DNA from: Nanobdellota archaeon
GTDB taxonomy: Archaea; Nanobdellota; Nanobdellia; Pacearchaeales; GW2011-AR1
Direction: 5' to 3'
DNA length: 34,046 bases
Assembly (NCBI GenBank): GCA_038046005.1
Contig: JBBSXB010000012.1
Coordinates: 1 to 34,046, forward strand
In this document: positions 26,591 through 34,046 of the stretch, piece by piece
Numbering within the stretch: the first letter of the stretch is position 1
How the letters are laid out: the number at the start of each line of letters is the position of its first letter
Translations under genes and position numbers: made by a program
Notes under the pieces: model-generated
Seen by the model: only the letters and a program-made list of their open reading frames with translations
The model's database searches: none
What the model was told of the DNA's origin: nothing

Positions 26591-27316
26591 ATGAAAGAAA
26601 AGTTAATTTTTGTATTGATTTTTGCATCCATGATTCTTTCGGTTGGCTCGGTAAGTGCTCAGACACCAATTATGGGCAAGATATATAATTCAGGCTACAG
26701 CGATGTTCTATCTGGGGCATCTGTTATAATATATTGCGGCTCCAGCTCATTAAGCACAACAAGTTTTAATGACGGGGCATATGTTGTTAAATTTGAACCA
26801 GAAGTTTGTAGCTATCCCAATAGTATTCGGGTTGAAGCTAATAAAGATAATCTTGCTGGAAGTAACACCGGAACTTTAATTGAATGTGATGGCACTAATT
26901 GTACTGGAGACTATTTTTCAGTTGTTAATCTTAATTTAAAAGTTCAAACTCCATCAAGCAGTTCTTCCCCAAATTCAGGTGGAAGAGGTTTCTATATAGG
27001 ATATTTTAACTGCGGAAACAACAAATGTGATACTGGAGAAACAGTGAACACCTGCCCTAAAGATTGTACAAAAGAAACGCCTGTGAATGATATAACAGAA
27101 TTAGGGTTTAATGAAATTCCAAAAGGAGAAACACAAAATAAGACAAGTGATGGATTTTTTTCATCAATTTCTGGGGCTTTTGTGAATGTTGACGGAAAGA
27201 TAAAAACACCAACTTATATTACACTATTAATAATAATTGTTCTAGGAATAACAATAGGATTGATTTATTATAATAGAAAAAAGAGTAGAACACATTCGGG
27301 AAGTAATTTCTATTAA
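26591..27316 (+). CDS. Cys-rich surface protein with C-terminal TM anchor; N-domain paralogous to PEF-CTERM protein 1
   Basis: Signal peptide, GKIYN...STTS..DG.Y domain, Ser-rich linker, CGNNKCDTGETVNTCPKDC, then TM plus basic tail. Confidence 0.8.
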   Translation: MKEKLIFVLIFASMILSVGSVSAQTPIMGKIYNSGYSDVLSGASVIIYCGSSSLSTTSFNDGAYVVKFEPEVCSYPNSIRVEANKDNLAGSNTGTLIECDGTNCTGDYFSVVNLNLKVQTPSSSSSPNSGGRGFYIGYFNCGNNKCDTGETVNTCPKDCTKETPVNDITELGFNEIPKGETQNKTSDGFFSSISGAFVNVDGKIKTPTYITLLIIIVLGITIGLIYYNRKKSRTHSGSNFY

Positions 27317-27377
27317 CTTTTGCTAGGATAAAGTAACAAAAAATTCAAGACAAAAACTTTTGTCTATACTTTCAGCA

Positions 27378-27393
27378 CGAAAATGTTTATATA
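27378..27393 (+). promoter_or_regulatory. BRE/TATA promoter of the giant surface protein gene (near-leaderless)
   Basis: CGAAAATG-TTTATATA ends about 21 nt upstream of the ATG at 27415. Confidence 0.65.
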
Positions 27394-27414
27394 CTATTCA
27401 ATTCTGAAGTTTTA

Positions 27415-30400
27415 ATGGTTGAAAAGAGAGGATTCATTTTTTTATTGTTTTTAGCTGCTTTCTCAATTTTTATCGGTTCCATTCATTCTGTCAGTTCTGT
27501 TAGCGCTTGGACTTGTACGACTAATGCGGATTGTGTCCCATGTACTGATCAAGAACATTGCGGACCAGAAGGTAATTCTTGCCAAGGCAATGATTTGATT
27601 TATGATACTAATATTTGTGTTGGTGGATTTTGTACACCATCTTCTTCAATCATCCAGGATTGCACTCAATCTGGGGATAATACTTGCACTATTGGAGTTT
27701 GCGATTCACAAACTAATTCTTGCGTTACCAACAAGTTACTTGATACTACTCCTCCTGTAACAAGCAATTTGGTTGCAACAAAGGTTATTAATGCCTGCCA
27801 AATAAAAATTGAGGCAAAAGAAACCGATCAATGCTCACCAATAAAAACTTCTGAATATTTCACAACGAGTTGCGAAACTGCTGGAACGGGAAAAACACTT
27901 TCGGCTGTAGATGGTTCTTATGATGAATTAATTGAAGATGTTATGAAAGATGAAGTGAATGTAGTTGATGGAAGCATTAATGTTTATGTGAGAGGTCAAG
28001 ATTCTGAAGGAAACTGGGAAGTTTCTTGCAAGGTTATCCAGATAAATGTTGATTGTTTACCTCCTGAATATCCTACTTGTGAAGTTGGACAAGATACTGA
28101 TACAGAGAGAGGAATTGCACTTAATGGGCAATGTAACCCTAATGAATTACTTCTGTGTGGAAATAATCCTTTGTTAACTGCAAATGTTTGTGATAAACAA
28201 TCAGCTATACAATTAGCTGAATACTTTATAGATCAACAAAATCCAGTAAACTGGGGTGGGATTGTTATGCAAGCATCTGATGGAAACTACAGAGATGAAA
28301 ATTGTGAAGATGTTCAAGCAACAATTGATTTAAGCCAATTAAGTGAGGGAACACATTATGTTGAACTTCATGGAAAAGACACCCAAGAAAATTGGGGCAA
28401 GCTTGGATTGCCTTCCAATCCTTTAATTTCTTTCATAAAAGATACTTTGCCTCCTGTAACCACAAAAACAATTAGTTTTGCTGGTGATACTTACGAATCG
28501 TGTGACCTCACATCAGCAAATGGTCATGAGTTGACCGATGGCTGCTACTATGTCAAATCAGGAATTACCAACTCCGGCTCACAACAGTCAGCTGTGAATC
28601 TCGGAACAGCAGGTGATTTCGTCATACTAGCGAAAGCAGGAATCACGACAACTGGGGCTACTTCTATTATTGGAGACATTGGGGTAAGCCCAATCGCAGC
28701 TTCGGCAATTACAGGATTTGGGCTAGTAGCTGATGCATCGAATCAATTTTCAACTTCATCCTTAGTCACAGGAAAAGCATATGCTGCCAACTATGCACCC
28801 CCTACCCCTGCCGCAATGACTGCAGCTGTAAGCGATATGGAAGTTGCATACACTGACGCATTATCAAAAGCAGTAGATGAAACTAATCCTGGAAGTGCTG
28901 GAGAAATTGGCGGATTAACACTTGCTCCTGGTGTCTATGCCTTTACTGGTGCTAGCATTAATGTACTTATATCAACAGATCTCACTCTAAATGGAAATGC
29001 AAACGATGTCTGGATATTCCAGATACCGGGAACTTTCGATGTGCATGCAGATGTTGTCTTAAGTCCTGGTGTACAAGCAAAGAATATCTTCTGGGTAGTC
29101 GCTGGTGAAACAACTATTTTCCCAGGCTTTATTGTCAATGGGAATATTTTGACTGCTGAACCAAGCACTATTGCAATGCAAACTGGTGCAGTATTAAACG
29201 GAAGAGCATTATCACAAGGAGCAGTTACATTAAATGCTAATGCTATCTCATTACCAACAGAATCTGAAAACGCTACAGCACATGGAACACAAATAACACT
29301 TAATGCAACTGACCCAGACACTCCAGATCACGAGATTTCGGGAAATCCTGTTGTAAATTACAATATATGGTACAGCCAAGATTGCACAACACAAGAGCCA
29401 ACTTGGACACTTCAGTCTTCTGGAGTAGGAGAACCAAATGAAGCTGTAGAATTAAGTTTAACTCACGACTCTTGCCATTTGATTGAATACTGGGCAAGCG
29501 ATGGATGTGACAATGTAGAAACACATCATTATGAATTAGATATTGTTGATAGTAAAGCTCCTGTAACAACAAAAGAAGTCACTGGAACATTCATTAAAGG
29601 AGATAACGATCCCATAGATTATTATTTGGGAAGTCAGTCACTTATAACATTGACGTGTAAAGACCAATCCCCACATCCTGTTGGGGGAGAAACACTTAAC
29701 TGGCAGATTTTCGGGAGTCAAGATTGTAATAATCCTGAATGGCAACAGATTGGAGAAAACCACTCTTCAACTTATGGAATTGCAAACATAGCTTATGAAG
29801 AAAGTTCATGCCACAAATTAGTTTACTATTGCACAGATGCTTTAGGAAATGCAGAACAACCTCAAACAGAAATTGATGCTGTTGATTTAACTCCTCCTGT
29901 AATAACAAAAGAGATTATTGGACCTCAATCTGGAACATGCCCTCCTAGACCAGACAGCAATGATGTTTGTTATTTAGATGGTGTTACAGAAATTCAAGTC
30001 ACTGCAACAGACTCTACACCACATCCTGTTGGTGGTGTCACTTGTGATTGGGATTATACTGTGATAGGTGGAGAAAAGATAGGGGTAGGACAAACTGGCG
30101 TCACTTCCCCATTCATTGTTCACTTCCCAGAAGAATCACAACACGAATTAACAATAACATGCACAGATGCTTTAGGAAATGAAGCAACTGATGTTGAAAC
30201 ATTCTTCGTTGATAAGACGCCACCTGTAACAATAAAGACTTATGGAGAACAAGTATTCATGCAACCTTTATTAGAAAGACTTGGCAATGCTAACAGCGAA
30301 TGGACACCAGAACAAGCATCATTGGGAACACATTCTGCAAAGCTTGTCATTCCAGATAATGCAGCAGGAACTGACTTCGCAGGAGTTGATTCATTCTTTG

Positions 30401-32760
30401 ACGTATTTGTTGATTTAACCTCGATAAACAGTCTGACATATGACCGAAAGGTGATACAATATGATAATGGATGGACTCCAATAATAATTTTTGGAGTAGA
30501 TGCCGATGGTGATGGTATATTTGAAGCACAACCACTAGAATGGCAGGCGTCTGGTTTTAATCCATCTTTGCTTGGAGATGACAGCTTCATCCAATGTGAA
30601 GCAACAACTGGATTAACTGGAGTAGACACTGATTTTGTAAATGTTGATGCATACAATAATTTTGTGTGTTACACACCAAATGTGGCTGGAGATAATTATG
30701 ACTGGAATGTTTATCAGCCTTTAAGTTATTTCAAAAGTAACGATGTAGGAAGGATACAAACAACTGATAAGGTTACAATGGTGAAAGTAGAACTTGGAGG
30801 CAACCCTTCAGCACAAGATAATGAAATAGCATATGTTGACAATGTAAGATTAAACGGAGATATAATCATTAACGAACCTGTTATATGGATAAATTCACAA
30901 ACACCAATAACATTGACTGTAGATGATGCAGGGCCACATAAATCTGGAATAAAGGAGACAAAATATAGAGTGACACCAGTTGCTGATTCAAATTGTTTTG
31001 ATGATAGTATTTGCCAATCCGCACAAGGAAATGAAGAAGAAGGATGGACGTTATATGATAATGAACCATTCACAATAAATGAACAATCCTGCCACTTAAT
31101 TGAATATTACAGCGTTGATAATGTTGATAAGACAGAACAGGTGAAAAAACAATGTGTTTTTGTAGACAATCAGGCTCCTGAAACTAACAAGGCAATAGGA
31201 AATCCTAAATTTATATGTGATGTTCTTGGAAAATGTGGTGAAGAAAGCGATTGGCAAGCTTGGTTTGTTACAAGTCAAACGCCTGTAACATTAAGCTGCA
31301 ATGATGTTCAGCCTCATCCTGTAGGTCATGAACAATTATGTTTCAAAATATCATGGCACCAGGGTGAAGAGATAAGTTACCCAACTCAAAAATATGCGGG
31401 AGAAAACACATTAACTGAAGATGGATATTATTGTGTTAAAACAAATGAAGAAGGAAAATATACTTTCAATTTCCTTGAAGACTCGCTTCACAATATAGAA
31501 TGGTATTGTAAAGATGCTCTTGGAAATCAAAACGATGCACAGATTGAATGGGACAATGTAGATAATGTTCCTCCAACAATAATAGTAAGAAACCCTACGC
31601 AAAGTGAAGCTAGTGATGTCGACAAATGTGTGCAATCCATTGTTGTAAGCATTGATGACGCAAAGTCCGGAGTAAATGATTCAAGTGTTGTTGCTGAATT
31701 ATGGAATTCTGAGGGTGTATCAGTAAAGAATGTTACACTAAAGAAACAACAGTATGGAAACACATTCACATATGAAGGATTGATGGAAAAAGATCTCCCA
31801 TCTGGAAGTTATACTTTAATAATAACCGCTAGAGACAATCTAGGAAATGAAAACAGTGTTTCAGTGGAAGAATATTTACCAGAAGTTGTAAATGTTGAAT
31901 ACATAAGCCCTTCAACATGTATTGTTGATCCAGTAAATGGGGGAAATTGTGACTTTACTTTCAATTTGTGCATGAGAGGAGGAAACACAATAGAATTCTG
32001 GATGGATAAACTTGGAAATATTGTGACACCCGCAATGCTTAATGCTTCAACGTCAAATCCTCAAGATATGAGCTGGACGTTTGTTGGATTAAAACACATT
32101 ATTGGAACCGATGAAGAATCCTGTGTGGGTCCTGATGTAGAATGGGTAAACGGTGCATGCTGGTTCAAGACAGACGCTGGAGACTTATCTCTTGAAGATA
32201 TGTGCATAGACATAACTGGACGTGCTCAATTCAAACTTCATTTGAACTTGGCTAGTGAAGCAGTGCAGGCAATTGGAGAAGGAGTCCACGACTTGAACTA
32301 CTGGATAAAAAGTTCTCTAATGTGTGAAGAGCCTGAACCAGAAGAAAAACATGTTGTAATTAATGAATTTTTATCTGGACCAGCTTTTGATAATGAGTGG
32401 ATTGAGTTATATAATCCGACAGATTCAAACGTTGATTTGGCAAACTGGAAAATACATGATAATACTGGTTTAAGGAAGACTTTATCTGGAACACTAAGTG
32501 CAGGGAGTTATTTAGTTGTCGAGTTTAATAGTAGTGTTTTGAACAATGGGGGGGATATAATTAAATTAATAGATAACTCAGAAAGTTTAATTGATTTTGT
32601 TAGTTATGGCACTTGGAATGACGGAAATACTGCAGATAATGCTGATGCGCCTTTTGATGGAGAATCTGCAGGAAGAAGTCCAAACGGTCAAGATACTGAT
32701 GTTGACAATATTGATTTTGTGATTTTTGGAAGTCCGACTCCTGGTACAACAAATATTTAA
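27415..32760 (+). CDS. 1781-aa secreted Cys-rich protein with Ig-like D-x-x-(P/A)P repeats, an ice-binding DUF3494 domain (aa ~393-611) and a C-terminal lamin-tail domain (aa ~1647-1781)
   Basis: Signal peptide; eight D-x-x-(P/A)P boundaries; DUF3494 motifs AVNLGTAGDFVILAKAGI, GDIGVSP, LTLAPGVY, VWIFQI, AKNIFWVV and NGRALSQ.AVTL; LTD motifs VVINEF, EWIELYN, LNNGGD and PTPG..N. Confidence 0.9.
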   Translation: MVEKRGFIFLLFLAAFSIFIGSIHSVSSVSAWTCTTNADCVPCTDQEHCGPEGNSCQGNDLIYDTNICVGGFCTPSSSIIQDCTQSGDNTCTIGVCDSQTNSCVTNKLLDTTPPVTSNLVATKVINACQIKIEAKETDQCSPIKTSEYFTTSCETAGTGKTLSAVDGSYDELIEDVMKDEVNVVDGSINVYVRGQDSEGNWEVSCKVIQINVDCLPPEYPTCEVGQDTDTERGIALNGQCNPNELLLCGNNPLLTANVCDKQSAIQLAEYFIDQQNPVNWGGIVMQASDGNYRDENCEDVQATIDLSQLSEGTHYVELHGKDTQENWGKLGLPSNPLISFIKDTLPPVTTKTISFAGDTYESCDLTSANGHELTDGCYYVKSGITNSGSQQSAVNLGTAGDFVILAKAGITTTGATSIIGDIGVSPIAASAITGFGLVADASNQFSTSSLVTGKAYAANYAPPTPAAMTAAVSDMEVAYTDALSKAVDETNPGSAGEIGGLTLAPGVYAFTGASINVLISTDLTLNGNANDVWIFQIPGTFDVHADVVLSPGVQAKNIFWVVAGETTIFPGFIVNGNILTAEPSTIAMQTGAVLNGRALSQGAVTLNANAISLPTESENATAHGTQITLNATDPDTPDHEISGNPVVNYNIWYSQDCTTQEPTWTLQSSGVGEPNEAVELSLTHDSCHLIEYWASDGCDNVETHHYELDIVDSKAPVTTKEVTGTFIKGDNDPIDYYLGSQSLITLTCKDQSPHPVGGETLNWQIFGSQDCNNPEWQQIGENHSSTYGIANIAYEESSCHKLVYYCTDALGNAEQPQTEIDAVDLTPPVITKEIIGPQSGTCPPRPDSNDVCYLDGVTEIQVTATDSTPHPVGGVTCDWDYTVIGGEKIGVGQTGVTSPFIVHFPEESQHELTITCTDALGNEATDVETFFVDKTPPVTIKTYGEQVFMQPLLERLGNANSEWTPEQASLGTHSAKLVIPDNAAGTDFAGVDSFFDVFVDLTSINSLTYDRKVIQYDNGWTPIIIFGVDADGDGIFEAQPLEWQASGFNPSLLGDDSFIQCEATTGLTGVDTDFVNVDAYNNFVCYTPNVAGDNYDWNVYQPLSYFKSNDVGRIQTTDKVTMVKVELGGNPSAQDNEIAYVDNVRLNGDIIINEPVIWINSQTPITLTVDDAGPHKSGIKETKYRVTPVADSNCFDDSICQSAQGNEEEGWTLYDNEPFTINEQSCHLIEYYSVDNVDKTEQVKKQCVFVDNQAPETNKAIGNPKFICDVLGKCGEESDWQAWFVTSQTPVTLSCNDVQPHPVGHEQLCFKISWHQGEEISYPTQKYAGENTLTEDGYYCVKTNEEGKYTFNFLEDSLHNIEWYCKDALGNQNDAQIEWDNVDNVPPTIIVRNPTQSEASDVDKCVQSIVVSIDDAKSGVNDSSVVAELWNSEGVSVKNVTLKKQQYGNTFTYEGLMEKDLPSGSYTLIITARDNLGNENSVSVEEYLPEVVNVEYISPSTCIVDPVNGGNCDFTFNLCMRGGNTIEFWMDKLGNIVTPAMLNASTSNPQDMSWTFVGLKHIIGTDEESCVGPDVEWVNGACWFKTDAGDLSLEDMCIDITGRAQFKLHLNLASEAVQAIGEGVHDLNYWIKSSLMCEEPEPEEKHVVINEFLSGPAFDNEWIELYNPTDSNVDLANWKIHDNTGLRKTLSGTLSAGSYLVVEFNSSVLNNGGDIIKLIDNSESLIDFVSYGTWNDGNTADNADAPFDGESAGRSPNGQDTDVDNIDFVIFGSPTPGTTNI

Positions 32761-32782
32761 ATGTTGAATTTTCATTAACACT

Positions 32783-33457
32783 ATGAAAGGAAAAATTATT
32801 TTACAATTTTTATTGGTCTTCTTAGTTTTTGCAGGAATTGGTTTAGTTTCTTCTGCTAAATATCAAGGAAGTTTGAAATTTGATAATAGCGGGGGCAAAA
32901 TATCAATAGGTGGTGGATCATGTGAAGATTGGTCCAGTAGTTTTTGGAGTGATTGCACAAGTAATCAACAGACTTTTGTTTGCATTCAATCAAACCCTTC
33001 ATGCCCAACTAAAGATTTAAAGCCCGTACAATGCGATCAAACTAGAGCATGTGGCGTAATAGACAATGGCGGCTCTTCAGGTGGGGGTGGAGGAGGCGGC
33101 AGTGGTGGCTCATTTAATTCTCCACAAGTATTTTCCAATTCAAATAATAATCAAACTCAATCCTCCTGTACTGAAAATTGGGTGTGTTCTGTCTGGAGCG
33201 ATGCTACAAATGCTTGCGGAACAAGAGATTGTGTTGATTGGAATGGCTGTGAGACTGAAGATTTAAAGCCATTAGTAGAAAAAAAGTGTGGATCTAGCGT
33301 TACACAATCAGATGGGATAACGTTTTATTTTTCGGCAATCGGAGACTTTGTTAAAACAAAAACTGGTGGTATTATTGTATTTATTATATTGATTGCAGGT
33401 ATAGGACTTTTGGTTTGGAGAATTGGGAAGAGAGGAAAGAAACCTGAGTTTAAGTGA
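32783..33457 (+). CDS. Cys-rich surface protein with TSP1-like C-x-E-x-W...WS repeats, poly-Gly linker and C-terminal TM anchor
   Basis: Signal peptide, CEDWSSSFWSDC and CTENWVCSVWSD..CGTRDCVD.NGC modules, a GGGGGGG linker, then TM plus KRGKK. Confidence 0.8.
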   Translation: MKGKIILQFLLVFLVFAGIGLVSSAKYQGSLKFDNSGGKISIGGGSCEDWSSSFWSDCTSNQQTFVCIQSNPSCPTKDLKPVQCDQTRACGVIDNGGSSGGGGGGGSGGSFNSPQVFSNSNNNQTQSSCTENWVCSVWSDATNACGTRDCVDWNGCETEDLKPLVEKKCGSSVTQSDGITFYFSAIGDFVKTKTGGIIVFIILIAGIGLLVWRIGKRGKKPEFK

Positions 33458-33502
33458 AAGTGATTTTGGAATAATTAAATAGTTGTTTTATATTTGATTG
33501 TT

Positions 33503-33955
33503 ATGATGAATGAAAATCAGCAAATAAAATCTGAAACGAGAGATCAAATTATTTTATTTGGGGAAAATTTTGGGAAGAGATGCTTAGATTATTTTTACTC
33601 TTTACATTTGCAAGAGTTTAAAAAAGAATATTTTAAAGGGTTAAGTGGAAATTTGCCGTTAGATGAAGATTTGAAAGTGAAGAGTTATGCTAAAGGCCTT
33701 TTTACTAAAATCAATTATAACCTTCTGATTATTCCTAATTTAAGAGGAATAGATAACACAGACAAAAAGTGCCATATATGGTTTAATATAAACTTACTTC
33801 AGGAAGGAGACCCATTAAATGGACTTCGAGGATGGATAAAAAGAGATGGCGTTAAAACTCAAGGAGAGTTAGATCTTAGTGGAAAGAGAGTATTAAAATT
33901 AAGTCAAAAATTTCTCGAAGAAATGGTTAAAGCTTCTGAAGCAATTTTGGGCTAA
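33503..33955 (+). CDS. Hypothetical protein
   Basis: Roughly 150-aa ORF filling the gap, with no recognised motif. The start is uncertain (33494, 33503 or 33506). Confidence 0.6.
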   Translation: MMNENQQIKSETRDQIILFGENFGKRCLDYFYSLHLQEFKKEYFKGLSGNLPLDEDLKVKSYAKGLFTKINYNLLIIPNLRGIDNTDKKCHIWFNINLLQEGDPLNGLRGWIKRDGVKTQGELDLSGKRVLKLSQKFLEEMVKASEAILG

Positions 33956-34000
33956 CTCCAAATCAATAATTTTAAATACCCTTTTTCTATCTAATTTCGT

Positions 34001-34046
34001 AGACTAGGTCAGCGGATTAGCCCTCCGCTATTTGCAAACGGGCTTT
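34001..34046 (+). ncRNA. Archaeal SRP (7S) RNA, 5' Alu domain, truncated by the window end
   Basis: TTTAAATA at 33971-33978, then AGACTAGGTC-AGCGGA-TTAGCCC-TCCGCT-ATTTGC-AAAC-GGGCT. The hairpin loop AGCCC is complementary to the downstream GGGCT, matching the Alu helix 3/4 loop-loop layout of archaeal SRP RNAs. Confidence 0.75.

Noticed and set aside
29830-30181. 22-bp exact repeat TGCACAGATGCTTTAGGAAATG (29830-29851 and 30160-30181)
   Set aside because: It is explained by the in-frame CTDALGN motif of duplicated Ig-like repeats. It is not a CRISPR repeat or att site.
28935-32781. Multiple minus-strand ORFs inside the giant surface gene
   Set aside because: They are antisense shadows with no independent evidence.
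1-34046. CRISPR array or rRNA gene
   Set aside because: No regularly spaced repeat-spacer series and no long GC-rich rRNA-like segment were seen.

Overview
AT-rich archaeal window, most consistent with a DPANN archaeon such as Pacearchaeota or Woesearchaeota. This taxon call is an inference from the BRE/TATA promoters, near-leaderless genes, CCA-less tRNA, TrmB, archaeal SRP RNA and wHTH-MNT/HEPN pairs. Bases 1-10.9 kb are mostly housekeeping: ileS, a TrmB regulator, argS, adk, a PIN-like protein, tRNA-Leu(TAA), prs and a thermonuclease. Bases 10.9-33.5 kb form a cell-surface sorting and glycosylation island. It holds two tandem PEF-CTERM proteins sharing an identical 82-bp sorting-signal sequence, and one 736-aa ORF that fuses an intact exosortase/archaeosortase domain (C217/R264/H285) to a Wzx-like oligosaccharide flippase. 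It also holds a pyruvyltransferase/DUF2206-like/GT4/GT4/GT2 cluster, a DUF1616-like protein and Cys-rich surface proteins, including a 1781-aa protein with an ice-binding DUF3494 domain nested inside an Ig-like repeat. The flippase/GT convergence point looks like a recombination hotspot: it carries orphan gene tails interleaved with MNT-HEPN, AbiE and RusA-like genes. The window ends inside the 5' Alu domain of the SRP RNA. The best candidate for an undescribed system is the archaeosortase-flippase fusion with its PEF-CTERM substrates and glycan cluster. All family names are from motif recognition; no database searches were run.
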